Of a stretch of 64,000 nucleotides of DNA, positions 51,453-61,379 are shown piece after piece. The stretch comes from Nitrososphaeria archaeon (lineage in GTDB: Archaea > Thermoproteota > Nitrososphaeria > Geothermarchaeales > JDFR-13). Every line of letters starts with the position of its first letter. The first letter of the stretch is position 1. The translations under genes and the position numbers were made by a program. Under the pieces are notes generated by a model that had not been told where the DNA came from, ran no database searches, and was given only the letters and a program-made list of their open reading frames with translations. The stretch lies in NCBI GenBank assembly GCA_027078545.1, contig JALWXN010000004.1, positions 512,001-576,000 on the forward strand, in the 5' to 3' direction.

Positions 51453-52868
51453 CTAGGAATAGACTCTTATCCAGCCTCCGGGCCTAAGAACTGCTTCCAC
51501 GACCGTGTATTCCACTCCCCCTACTGTGATCCTCCTGGTGCCTAGGAGCTCGTATCCCTCCCCCTCGACCCTGGCCTCTCCCCTGACGAGTAGGCCCTGG
51601 AGTAGGATCTCCCTCGGCTCCGCCGTCCATTCCTCTCCTCCCCTCCTGAAATAGATTGTCTCGGTGAATCCATGCCTGAGATATACACTATTCTCCTCCA
51701 GCCTCTCCTCGAACATCTCTGTGGGTATCATCTTTACATCGACGCCCTCCTCGCTAACCGTGATTATGAGCATGTGGTAGATGGCCCCCTCCTCAGGCGA
51801 GACGTAGAGTGGTGACCCGGCTCCTCCCGAGACGTAGAACCATGTGGGCTCGAGATACCTCCTGTAGTAGATGTGGTTATGGGCTTGGAGCGCAACTGTG
51901 ACGTTGTACTCCCTGAATATCTCCGCCACTTCCTTGTCATTGGTTATCGTCCTGTATGCGGGGCCGGAGAAGGCTGGTTTATGCATCGCTGTGAATCTAT
52001 ATCTATATTTCTGACCCTCCCCCAGCATCTCTATCATCCACTCCTTCTGCCTCCCAGTGATCATGTTGGCCTCTCCCACGATGTCTGTGTCTAGGATCAG
52101 GAAGAGATCCTTACCATATGCAAAGCTGTAGTAGAGCCTACCGAGATTCATCAGGAAGAGGATCTGGGCATCCCTATCGCCTGTCGACGGCGCCTCACCC
52201 GTCTTAACCTCATGGTTCCCTGGGGCGACGAATATGGGTACAGCTGAGGACTCGTAGATGGAGAGGAAGTCGCTCCACTGCCATGCCAGGACTACCGCCT
52301 CGCTCCTATATCCATAGACTATGTCCCCGCCCAGGATGGCGAAGTCGGGCCTCACTATGTTGAGGATCCTTATCAGCTTCTTGAACTGCTCTGGCTGTGG
52401 TGTTAGTGGGCCTCCCGGCCTATTATCGGCGAAGAAGGCGAACCTATACTCCTCCCTAGGGTTATCCGGGTCATAGACATATACCAGCTGCCTCGCCTTG
52501 GTCCTACCGCCGAAGTCGAAGATCAGCCTGTAGAACCCCTCCTCAGGGATGGAGATGGATACGGATATGTTCCTGGTCTCCCCGCCCCCGACGCTGTATT
52601 CCTGCTCCGCTATCAGCTCGGGCTCCCCCAGCCCCCCATACCTGTCGAAGCTCCTGATATAGACCTTCAAGACTCCCGATGCTCCCCAGCCCACGTTCTC
52701 CATCGTTAGGGTGAATGTTGTCTCACGCCCGACTGTTATGACCTCGGGATCCCAGTCTATCCATATGGGTCTGAGGCTGGGGGGTGCGGATACGCTGTAT
52801 AGGTAGAGGTATCCCCCGACGAGTATGGCCACTATGGCTAGGCCTAGTAGGAGCCTCCGCCTCATCAC
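51453..52868 (-). CDS. Membrane-anchored calcineurin-like metallophosphoesterase with Ig-like domain
   Basis: N-terminal TM, CARDB-like region (TLTMENVG), then AD, GGDIV, PGNHE, MHKP, AHNH and SGGAG. Confidence 0.88.
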   Translation of the reverse strand: MMRRRLLLGLAIVAILVGGYLYLYSVSAPPSLRPIWIDWDPEVITVGRETTFTLTMENVGWGASGVLKVYIRSFDRYGGLGEPELIAEQEYSVGGGETRNISVSISIPEEGFYRLIFDFGGRTKARQLVYVYDPDNPREEYRFAFFADNRPGGPLTPQPEQFKKLIRILNIVRPDFAILGGDIVYGYRSEAVVLAWQWSDFLSIYESSAVPIFVAPGNHEVKTGEAPSTGDRDAQILFLMNLGRLYYSFAYGKDLFLILDTDIVGEANMITGRQKEWMIEMLGEGQKYRYRFTAMHKPAFSGPAYRTITNDKEVAEIFREYNVTVALQAHNHIYYRRYLEPTWFYVSGGAGSPLYVSPEEGAIYHMLIITVSEEGVDVKMIPTEMFEERLEENSVYLRHGFTETIYFRRGGEEWTAEPREILLQGLLVRGEARVEGEGYELLGTRRITVGGVEYTVVEAVLRPGGWIRVYS

Positions 52869-52914
52869 TGAAATATTGGGGCTGGGCTATGAATAAAGTA
52901 TCGAGTGTCCAGAG

Positions 52915-54012
52915 ATGGAGACGAGGATCAGGGCTGGAGAGGTAGTCATCATAGAGGGCCCGGCTAGGATAAGGGTTTTGGATGGCGGCGTGTCTAGCCT
53001 AGGAGCCCCGGTTGGGGAGCTGGAGGTCCCCCCTACAAAGTCGCTACCCCTTAGGGCGGTTGAAGACTCTTTGGTGGAGGTGTTGATGGGGAGGATAGGG
53101 CCTGGCGATGTGGATATACCTAATAGCTGGGTGGAGGCGCTGGAGGCAGTTGCCTCGGAGGATGTTGAGAGGATAGCCGTCGTAGGAGGTGTAGACACGG
53201 GTAAGTCTGGCCTGACGACCTATCTCCTGAACGGCCTCCTCGAGAGAGGCTTCAGGACAGGGGTTATAGACACTGATATTGGTCAGAGCGATATAGGGCC
53301 GCCGACAACCCTGGGCCTCGCCATACCCGATGATCAGTATCCCCTCCTAACCATGCTAGCACCAGAGGCGCTATACTTCGTCGGCCTGACGAGTCCACGT
53401 GGACTTATACATAGGGTGGTCCAGGGCCTCGACACCCTCCTGGGCCAGGCCCTGGAGAAGGGTGTGGAGAAGGTTATACTCAACCCTACGGGCTGGTCCC
53501 ACGGCTACGGCCTATACCAGCTCAAGAATGTTAAGCTCTCCCTCTATAGGCCAGACCTAGTGATAGTCTTCAGCCATGAGGAGGATGTTATCAGCTTCCT
53601 CTCCCGTAGATATAGGGTCGTGGCTGTGGAGCCGCCGCCCAGCCTGAAGCCTAGGGACCATGCGATGCGTACTGAGTATAGGAACTGGCTCTATAGGAGA
53701 TACCTCAGCGGTGGGGAGGCGGTGGAAGTGGCTATGGATGAGGTGGAGGTGCTGGGCTATCCACTCAGGAGCCTCATGGATAGGTGGGGAGGGGATCTCA
53801 GGGGGATACTCGGAGCCTATACGACTGGTGAGGGCCTGGTCAACGCGTTATTCATAGTCTCGGATGTAGCTGGGGGCAGGTTAAGATTATACCTCTCCGG
53901 AGATGCATGGGGCATACCGACACTGGGCCTCCTGAGGCTGGATCCCGAGACGCTTACTGAGCTTGGATGGGTAGAGGATCTCATGGAGATCGTGCTAGAC
54001 CCAGAGTCCTAG
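52915..54012 (+). CDS. Clp1/Grc3-family polynucleotide 5'-kinase
   Basis: GGVDTGKS, DTDIGQSDIGPP, FVG..SP, NPTGW and R..R...Y..Y. Confidence 0.88.
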   Translation: METRIRAGEVVIIEGPARIRVLDGGVSSLGAPVGELEVPPTKSLPLRAVEDSLVEVLMGRIGPGDVDIPNSWVEALEAVASEDVERIAVVGGVDTGKSGLTTYLLNGLLERGFRTGVIDTDIGQSDIGPPTTLGLAIPDDQYPLLTMLAPEALYFVGLTSPRGLIHRVVQGLDTLLGQALEKGVEKVILNPTGWSHGYGLYQLKNVKLSLYRPDLVIVFSHEEDVISFLSRRYRVVAVEPPPSLKPRDHAMRTEYRNWLYRRYLSGGEAVEVAMDEVEVLGYPLRSLMDRWGGDLRGILGAYTTGEGLVNALFIVSDVAGGRLRLYLSGDAWGIPTLGLLRLDPETLTELGWVEDLMEIVLDPES

Positions 54013-54078
54013 CCGTTCCACACCGTTCCACCTATTCCCTTTAGACACTGGAACATCCTAGTTCATCCCGGTGAATCC

Positions 54079-54789
54079 GTGATGAGCATAGGTCTCAAGG
54101 AGATAGTGATACTACTGCTCGTTGCAGCCCCCATAGTGGCGGCCTACCCCGCCTACCAGGGCGCTGTGGACAGTATATATGGAGTCTCAGACTCGCTGGA
54201 CGACTCTGACCAGTACGTAACGGGCGACGACGACCCAGACATAGTTGAGTATAGGCTGAAGGTCACGCGTATGAGGGATAGGCTGGCAAGTCTCTATAGA
54301 GAGGGGGTCTTCACGGGGCAGTTGAAGGAGGAGGTGGGACACTTCCTCGTGGAGCTTAGCGACGAGAGGATAGCCTCCATGACGCCTCTAGAGCTTAGTA
54401 TGGCTGAGGAGAGGCTGGAGCACTACCTCAAGATGGTTAACGGCTACTATGACGACGACATCTATGAAGAGTATTACTATGATGATAGTCCATCCGAGGA
54501 TGACTGGGTGGACGGCTCAGCCGTAACTGAGAAGAGGGTGAGGTGGCTGATCAGGGAGATAATAGATAAGCAGGGTGATGTCTATGAGTATAGGGTTAAG
54601 GCAGAGACATATGGCGTCACCGATGTGGTCGACGACCTCGAGAGGGCGGAGACCCTTCTCGACCAGGCGCTCAGCATACTTGGGGATAGGGGTGTAGATG
54701 GGTTTGAGGAGGCTTGGAGCCTATACCTAGAGGCAGACCTCATCCTAGACACGGTGGACGAGGTCTTGGACCACGTGGCAGACGACTAG
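54079..54789 (+). CDS. Hypothetical exported acidic protein
   Basis: N-terminal hydrophobic signal, D/E/Y-rich helical body, host-like codons. Confidence 0.65.
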   Translation: MMSIGLKEIVILLLVAAPIVAAYPAYQGAVDSIYGVSDSLDDSDQYVTGDDDPDIVEYRLKVTRMRDRLASLYREGVFTGQLKEEVGHFLVELSDERIASMTPLELSMAEERLEHYLKMVNGYYDDDIYEEYYYDDSPSEDDWVDGSAVTEKRVRWLIREIIDKQGDVYEYRVKAETYGVTDVVDDLERAETLLDQALSILGDRGVDGFEEAWSLYLEADLILDTVDEVLDHVADD

Positions 54790-54837
54790 CCCCTCCCCCC
54801 TCCCCTTTTTATCACCACACCGGTAAATACTGTATCT

Positions 54838-55389
54838 ATGAGTCTCAAGATACCGGTCCTCCTAGGCACGGCTAGGAAGGGTAGGAGGTCTGAGAGGGCC
54901 GCTAGATACATGTTGGGCGTCGCGAGGGAGTATGGACTAGACACATTCCTCATAGATGTTAGGGATCATATCATAGGGTATACAGATGACGAGGCAGAGA
55001 CTGAGGCGGCTAGGCGTTATAGGGAGCTTATAAGGGGTATGGATGGACTGATAATAGTCACCCCTGAGTATAGCCATGGCTACCCGGGTGAGCTGAAGAT
55101 CCTCCTCGACACTACCTGGAGGGAGTATGACCGCCGCCCCCTCGGCATAGCCGCTGTATCCTCCGGTAGGGGTGGCACCAGGGTCGTCGACGTCCTTAGA
55201 ACCGCCGCCCTTGACCTGGGCTTCGTACCTATAAAGAGGGCCCTATACTTCGCCCCTATAGACGATATCCTGGACGAGGAGGGTAGGCTCATCAACAATA
55301 GGTTCAGGGAGTCGGTGGACAGGTTCATGGCGGAGCTCATATGGTTCGCCAAGACGCTCAAGTGGGGCAGGGAGAACCTGGAGCTATGA
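54838..55389 (+). CDS. NADPH-dependent FMN reductase family
   Basis: LGTARKGRRS and DG.IIVTPEYSHGYPGELKILLD. Confidence 0.9.
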   Translation: MSLKIPVLLGTARKGRRSERAARYMLGVAREYGLDTFLIDVRDHIIGYTDDEAETEAARRYRELIRGMDGLIIVTPEYSHGYPGELKILLDTTWREYDRRPLGIAAVSSGRGGTRVVDVLRTAALDLGFVPIKRALYFAPIDDILDEEGRLINNRFRESVDRFMAELIWFAKTLKWGRENLEL

Positions 55390-56093
55390 ATGTGAAGAGG
55401 GAGAAGGAGAGGATTAGGCTGGAGGTCTACCGGAGGCTTCTCGAGGCTGGCGCCGCGAGGCCCCCAATGCCTATCGAGGGTAGGATACCCAACTTCGAGT
55501 CGGCTGAGAAGGCTGCGGAGAGGCTGAGGGAGATACCGGGCTTCATGGATGCCGGGGTCGTAAAGGTCAACCCAGACAGCCCCCAGAGACCCGTTAGGAG
55601 GATGGTCCTCGAGATGGGTAAGAAGCTGGTCATGCCTACGCCCAGGCTTAGGAGGGGCTTCCTACTCCTAGACCCGGATAGGATCAGGAACATAGGCTTC
55701 GCCTCCACTATTAGGGGCGCCTTCACAGTGGGGAGGCCCGTCGAGCCTGAGGATCTCCCGGAGATAGGCTTCATCGTGGAGGGGAGTGTGGCGGCTGCCA
55801 GGGATGGTGGTAGGCTGGGTAAGGGTGAGGGCTATGCCGAGCTGGAGTATGCAATCCTGCTGGAGACTGGGAGGATAAGGAGGGATGTAGAGATAGCAAC
55901 TACGGTACATCCCATCCAGGTCTATGAGACGCTGCCTAGAGACCCCTACGACGTCTCCCTCACCTATATCGCCACCTCTAGGGAGCTGATTAGGTGTACA
56001 GACTTCTTCCGCCCACCCGGGATCCTCTGGGACTTGATAAGTGAGGAGAAGCTGGAGGAGATCCCTCTTCTTAGGCGATTAATGAGAAAATAA
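55386..56093 (+). CDS. 5-formyltetrahydrofolate cyclo-ligase-like (MTHFSD-type)
   Basis: GRIPNF, KVNPDSPQ, PTPRL and GSVA...G.RLGKGEGYAELEY. The start at 55386 is inferred. Confidence 0.88.
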   Translation: MNVKREKERIRLEVYRRLLEAGAARPPMPIEGRIPNFESAEKAAERLREIPGFMDAGVVKVNPDSPQRPVRRMVLEMGKKLVMPTPRLRRGFLLLDPDRIRNIGFASTIRGAFTVGRPVEPEDLPEIGFIVEGSVAAARDGGRLGKGEGYAELEYAILLETGRIRRDVEIATTVHPIQVYETLPRDPYDVSLTYIATSRELIRCTDFFRPPGILWDLISEEKLEEIPLLRRLMRK

Positions 56094-56170
56094 TGGGTTG
56101 ATATATACGTTATGCGTTATAAGTAGTCCCCAACAACCATTATATATACCTAGTTGAAGGGTGTAGGGAT

Positions 56171-57349
56171 ATGGATAGGAGAAAGTTCCTAGCAGTTGCA
56201 GGTGGCGGCGCCATAGCAATCGCTGCTGGATACTTCATCCTAAGCAACATGGGTGGAGAGGCCGGGAAGAAGACTATATACCTCTACACCTGGGAGGAGG
56301 AGATGAACTTCGACCCCCCAGTCGAGTATGAGGGTACGGCCTATGACAACATAACCGATCTATTCGCCGCAGTCTATCCAGAGTATAACGTCGTAGCCTC
56401 CTACTACGGCGACCAGGATAGGATGGTCGCCGACCTCCTTGCCGGTAAGAAAGCCGACGTCATAGCGCCATGTGTCGACTATATACCCACGCTTGTGGAG
56501 AACGACCTGCTGGCCGAGATAGACACCGGTATGCTCGAGAACTGGGACAAGATGTTCCCAATCTTCCAGGATATACAGGGCGTCAGGGTCAATGGGAAGG
56601 TGGTCTTCATACCCACCAACTATGGATATGAGGGCCTTGCCTATAGGGCGGATCTCTTCGAGCAGAATGGTCTAGAGACTCCTACTAGCTGGATGGACTT
56701 CTTCCAGCCTTGGGAGCTCGGCTTCGATAAGCTAGACAATCCTAAGAAGTTACTCATGCCGGATGACTCCTACATCGGTATAGCGATGGCTGCATTGGCC
56801 CTGGGCTACAACCTCGACGCTAATGGGGACGGTCTATGGGAGCTTACTGATGAGCAGCTGGAGAACTGTAAGGAGCTCCTGATCAACCAGAAGCCCTATG
56901 TACTCAAGTATAGCGAGGAGGTCGATGTGGAGATGCCCAACCTAATGAGTGTAGGTGACGTCATCTTCAGCATTGGATGGGCCCCCGAGGCATTGTCCCT
57001 CCAGGACGAGGGTATAGACGCCGTCTTCGTGCTTCCTGATGAGGGTCCACTCACATTCCTATGTGGAAACGCTATAGTTGCTAATGCTGAGAACTATGAG
57101 GATGCCCATAAGCTGGTCGACTTCTACCTCGGCCCGGTTATTCAGAAGTACTTCGCCACTGAGTATTGGTATGGCATCACCAATGAGGCGGTTGTAAACC
57201 TCCTTAGGGAGGAGGATCCCGAGCTTGTTGATAGCCTCTTGCTAGACAAGCCTCAGCAGGCCCTCGCAAAGGGTGCCTTTGAGTATCCACTGGCCGAGGG
57301 CCAGGAGGAGCTCTGGGAGGAGGTCTGGGACGAGGTCAGGGGTGCCTAG
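56171..57349 (+). CDS. PotD-like ABC substrate-binding protein with Tat-type signal
   Basis: MDRRKFL twin-arginine leader, LYTWEE and P.EG; heads a Pot-type operon. Confidence 0.85.
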   Translation: MDRRKFLAVAGGGAIAIAAGYFILSNMGGEAGKKTIYLYTWEEEMNFDPPVEYEGTAYDNITDLFAAVYPEYNVVASYYGDQDRMVADLLAGKKADVIAPCVDYIPTLVENDLLAEIDTGMLENWDKMFPIFQDIQGVRVNGKVVFIPTNYGYEGLAYRADLFEQNGLETPTSWMDFFQPWELGFDKLDNPKKLLMPDDSYIGIAMAALALGYNLDANGDGLWELTDEQLENCKELLINQKPYVLKYSEEVDVEMPNLMSVGDVIFSIGWAPEALSLQDEGIDAVFVLPDEGPLTFLCGNAIVANAENYEDAHKLVDFYLGPVIQKYFATEYWYGITNEAVVNLLREEDPELVDSLLLDKPQQALAKGAFEYPLAEGQEELWEEVWDEVRGA

Positions 57350-57407
57350 CACCCCGAATCTAAACCATTTATTTTTATAGACCCCACTGGAATGGTTTGG
57401 ATTCATA

Positions 57408-58490
57408 ATGGCTAAATCCGCCGACGTAATCCTTAGGGTTGACCGTGTCTCTAAGAGGTTCGGCGAGACATGGGCGCTTAGGGATGTCTCCCTAGACGTG
57501 TATAGGGGGGAGCTCCTAGTCCTCCTCGGCCCAAGTGGAAGTGGTAAGTCCACACTCCTCCGTATCATTGCTGGGCTTGAGACGGCTACTAGTGGGAGGC
57601 TCTACATGGATGGTGTGGACATAACCGATCTCCCACCCTACAAGCGGGATACTAGCATGGTCTTCCAGCACCTGGCACTCTTCCCCCACATGACTGTATA
57701 TGAGAACGTGGCCTACGGCCTGAAGATTAGGGGCGTCCCCAAGGAGGAGATCGACCGCCGCGTCGATGAGGTCCTCAGCCTCGTGAGGATCAGGGAGCTG
57801 AGGGATAGGAAGGTTACGAAGCTGAGTGGGGGGCAGCAGCAGAGGGTCGCTATAGCTAGGTCGTTGATCCTGAGGCCTAAGATACTACTCCTGGACGAGC
57901 CGCTGGGCGCATTGGATCTCAAGCTTAGGAAGGAGCTCCACATAGAGCTTAAACGCCTCCATGAGGAGGTGGGGAATACATGGATATTCGTAACCCATGA
58001 CCAGGAGGAGGCCCTTACACTGGCCGATAGGATCGGGGTGATGAATGAGGGACGGCTCATCCAGGTGGGTGAGAAGTGGGATGTCTATGACTATCCCAAG
58101 ACTAGGTTCGTCGCCGAGTTCATTGGGGAGACGAACATGTTTACAGTATCGATCGACGACATCTCTGGCGGTGTTGCGACTGGTAGCTGGAAGGGCTTCA
58201 GGGTGAGCTTTAAAGATGGTGGTTTCAGGCCGGGTGAGACCATATATCTGAGCGTTAGACCCGAGAACCTCCACATCTCTAAGGAGCCCCCCAGGGGGGA
58301 GGAGTATAACGTCTTCCATGGAGTGGTGGATGTGGAGGTCTTCAGGGGGAGCTACGTGATATACCATATCAGGCTTGATAATGGGGAGGTAATCAGGGTC
58401 ACGGTTCTGTCGAAGGACGCTGAGTTCGACCCTGGTGATAGGGTCTATGTATATTGGAGGTTTGATAAGGGGGTGCCCCTGAGGGAATGA
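57408..58490 (+). CDS. potA: PotA-like ABC ATPase
   Basis: GPSGSGKST, VFQ.LALFPH, LSGGQQQR, DEPLGALDLKLR and TOBE-like C-terminus. Confidence 0.88.
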   Translation: MAKSADVILRVDRVSKRFGETWALRDVSLDVYRGELLVLLGPSGSGKSTLLRIIAGLETATSGRLYMDGVDITDLPPYKRDTSMVFQHLALFPHMTVYENVAYGLKIRGVPKEEIDRRVDEVLSLVRIRELRDRKVTKLSGGQQQRVAIARSLILRPKILLLDEPLGALDLKLRKELHIELKRLHEEVGNTWIFVTHDQEEALTLADRIGVMNEGRLIQVGEKWDVYDYPKTRFVAEFIGETNMFTVSIDDISGGVATGSWKGFRVSFKDGGFRPGETIYLSVRPENLHISKEPPRGEEYNVFHGVVDVEVFRGSYVIYHIRLDNGEVIRVTVLSKDAEFDPGDRVYVYWRFDKGVPLRE

Positions 58491-59356
58491 GGAGGCCTAC
58501 TGGGGAGTCGCTCCAGAGGCTCAGGATATTCCTCTCGAACCTCCCTGCCTCTGCCTATATATTCATAATGTTCTACGTCTCGATAGGCATACTCATAGCG
58601 ATTAGCTTCACGGTTCCCAGGAAATATATTGTTGAGTGGAGCTTCACCCTTGAGAACTATGTTAGGATATTCACAGACCCGAGGTTCCTCAGCCCCATCC
58701 TTAACACCTTCTTGATCGTCACCGTGGCTACGATCCTCCTGATAATTGTGGGGTTCCCCATAGCCTACTACCTGGCTAGGGTGAATCCCAACCTGGGTAT
58801 CAAGCTCATCTTCTTCCTAATCATCCCTGTTGAGGTAAACTATTTGATAAGGGTCTATGCCTGGAGGAATATCCTGGGTGAGAACGGGTTCCTAAACTCT
58901 CTACTTCTGAGCCTTGGGGTGATCGATAAGCCACTCACATTCCTCTTCTACAGCTGGTTCGCCGTGGTCATAGTACTTATCCATGAGTGGCTCCCATACG
59001 TCGTCATACCGTTCTACGTGAACCTGGTTGGGATACCCAGGCAGCTCTATGAGGCGGCTATGGATCTCGGGGCTAATAGGTGGCAGATCTTCAGGTCGAT
59101 AACTCTCCCATTGGTGAAGCCGGCTGTATTGACGGTTCTATTCATAGTCTTCATACCCTCCCTCGGAGAGTTCGCTATACCCTCGCTGGTGGGTGGGGAG
59201 TCGGGGATAATGCTCGGCGTATTGATAGACAGGTATCTCTCAGACTTCCGCCTAGCCTTCGGCGCCGCGCTGAGCTTCATACTACTACTGGTGACGATGG
59301 GGCTGAGCATACTCATGATCAAGATATTCGGCTACGAGGCCCTCTACCAGAGGTGA
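58487..59356 (+). CDS. potB: PotB-like ABC permease
   Basis: TLENY, R.YAW..IL..NG and EAAMDLGA loop. Confidence 0.85.
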   Translation: MRRPTGESLQRLRIFLSNLPASAYIFIMFYVSIGILIAISFTVPRKYIVEWSFTLENYVRIFTDPRFLSPILNTFLIVTVATILLIIVGFPIAYYLARVNPNLGIKLIFFLIIPVEVNYLIRVYAWRNILGENGFLNSLLLSLGVIDKPLTFLFYSWFAVVIVLIHEWLPYVVIPFYVNLVGIPRQLYEAAMDLGANRWQIFRSITLPLVKPAVLTVLFIVFIPSLGEFAIPSLVGGESGIMLGVLIDRYLSDFRLAFGAALSFILLLVTMGLSILMIKIFGYEALYQR

Positions 59357-59360
59357 TATT

Positions 59361-60155
59361 ATGGAGACGTCGAGGCTGCTGAAGATAGCCCTTGTGGCTT
59401 ACACGGCGTTCACGGTAGGCTTCTTCATATACCTCCCCGTAGCCGTCATAATCGTATATAGCTTCAACGACGTCCCATTCTTCATCCCCGAGTGGAGGGG
59501 CTTCACCCTCGAATGGTTCGTCAAGGCCTTCACCCGTAGAGACGTCGTTACCAGCCTCTGGAACAGCCTATACATAGCGGTCTTCACGACGGCTGTCTCC
59601 CTCGCCCTGGCGATCCCCCCGACATTCTACGTTGTGCGTGGGCGTGGGAGGGTTAAGGATCTCTACATGCTATACCTTATGCTACCCTTCGTCATACCAT
59701 GGATCATCATCGGGGTCTCCCTCTACATCTTCTACTGGTACCTGGGGATTGAGAAGAGCCTCTTGACAGCCGCGTTGGGCCATATAGTATATAGCATACC
59801 CCTGATAGTCACCCTCCTCGCACCTAGGCTCTACAGCCTAGACCCGGATATTGAGAGGGCGAGCATGGATCTCGGCGCTACCCCCTGGCAAACCTTCCGC
59901 TACGTAGTGTTTCCACAGGTCTTCCCGGCGATAGTCTCGGCAGCCATAATAACCTTCATATGGAGCTTCGACAACTTCGTGATTAGCTACTATACCCTGG
60001 GTGGGGAGCTGACCTGGCCTGTATGGGTCTTCTCAGTAATCGGTAAGCAGAGGAATATATTCCCTGTCGTGATGGCCGTCTCAACCGTGATCATACTCGT
60101 CTCGACAGTGGTGATCGCCTATATCGTGAAGAAGGGCTATGTAGACATATTGTAG
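59361..60155 (+). CDS. potC: PotC-like ABC permease
   Basis: YLP..VI..YSFN...GFTLEWF, ERASMDLGA and SFDNF. Confidence 0.85.
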   Translation: METSRLLKIALVAYTAFTVGFFIYLPVAVIIVYSFNDVPFFIPEWRGFTLEWFVKAFTRRDVVTSLWNSLYIAVFTTAVSLALAIPPTFYVVRGRGRVKDLYMLYLMLPFVIPWIIIGVSLYIFYWYLGIEKSLLTAALGHIVYSIPLIVTLLAPRLYSLDPDIERASMDLGATPWQTFRYVVFPQVFPAIVSAAIITFIWSFDNFVISYYTLGGELTWPVWVFSVIGKQRNIFPVVMAVSTVIILVSTVVIAYIVKKGYVDIL

Positions 60156-60229
60156 AGACTCCCCTTCCCGGTGGTCTGAAAAACTGGTTTGGGTGGATAT
60201 GTGGCTCTCCCAGCTGCTCTAGAGGCTCT

Positions 60230-60391
60230 TTAGAACTCCTCTTCCTCCTCGTCTCCCCAGTCCTCCTCGTCGAAGTCCTCCAGGTCCTCGAGGTCCTCAA
60301 TGTCCTCGATGTCCTCTAGGTCGTCCCAGTCCTCGTCGAAGTCCTCCTCGAACTCCTCCTCCCACTCCTCCTCCATGTGGTAGGTCATCAT
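60230..60391 (-). CDS. Small extremely acidic protein (53 aa)
   Basis: GGGGTG RBS before the ATG and an upstream TTTATATA; 33 of 53 residues are D/E. Confidence 0.6.
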   Translation of the reverse strand: MMTYHMEEEWEEEFEEDFDEDWDDLEDIEDIEDLEDLEDFDEEDWGDEEEEEF

Positions 60392-60518
60392 TTTACTAGC
60401 CACCCCACCCTCAAGGGTCAATTAAAGTGTTTTCGGATTGGTATATAAAGCTTTATCTAGGCTATCCAGCCAGTCCTAAAAAAGCCTTTTTATACATATT
60501 TATCCATGGTGCCTGGGG

Positions 60519-61379
60519 ATGGCTGAGCAGAAGGTCTACAGCGTGGAGGAGGTTAGTAGGTATGCCCCTAAGCTCTTCGGCATACCCACAGGTGTGGAGG
60601 GGCTGGACAATCTGTTCTACAGGGTCGAGTATGTCGATGGGAGGCCTGTTAAGAAGCCTCTGGGCGGTTATCCATACCTAGCAGTCCTCAACATAACCGG
60701 TGTGGCGGATACTGGTAAGAGCCTGATGGCGGAGCAGTTCGCTGTTAGGCAGGCGGGTGACGGCTACCCCACCATATTCGTGACGGTGGAGACACCGAAG
60801 GAGTTCGTCGTCCAGGGCCTCCTACAGAGGGCAACTGCTATGAGGCTCGACCTGGAGAAGGTGAAGAAGAACCTCTTCGTTATCGATGCTGCCTCTGACC
60901 ATAGGATGAGGGAGGAGGTGGACTACCTCCTAGATACGCTGGCCTATGGGATCAGGGAGTACGGGGTGAAATCAGTCGTTATCGACAGTGTCACAGGCCT
61001 ATTCGAGGCCAAGGAGGTCCTGGCTAGGAGTATAGTTAGGAAGGTCTACAACTTCCTGAAGAAGTGGAGGCAGACGGCCCTGCTCGTCAGCCAGAAGAGG
61101 AGCGCCTCCGAGGAGATGAGTGCAGAGGCGGCGGGTGGATATGGCGTTGCCCATATAGTGGATGGTACGATAGTGCTTTACAAGAAGCTGATCATGACCA
61201 AGTATGACGTGTCTACCTTCAACATGCCCATCGGTAGTGTTATTAGGCTCTTCAGGATCGATGGCTGCAGGATGGCTGGACATGACTCCAACACCCATGT
61301 CATGGAGATCACTGAGGAGGGCCTTGTCAGGATTGGGCCTACCCTCGAGGAGTGGATAAGTGGTAGGGGACGCCAGTGA
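60519..61379 (+). CDS. KaiC/RecA-superfamily ATPase (archaeal single-domain KaiC-like)
   Basis: GIPTGVEGLD, GVADTGKS, VIDSVT, VSQKR and GVAHIVDGTI. Confidence 0.9.
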   Translation: MAEQKVYSVEEVSRYAPKLFGIPTGVEGLDNLFYRVEYVDGRPVKKPLGGYPYLAVLNITGVADTGKSLMAEQFAVRQAGDGYPTIFVTVETPKEFVVQGLLQRATAMRLDLEKVKKNLFVIDAASDHRMREEVDYLLDTLAYGIREYGVKSVVIDSVTGLFEAKEVLARSIVRKVYNFLKKWRQTALLVSQKRSASEEMSAEAAGGYGVAHIVDGTIVLYKKLIMTKYDVSTFNMPIGSVIRLFRIDGCRMAGHDSNTHVMEITEEGLVRIGPTLEEWISGRGRQ

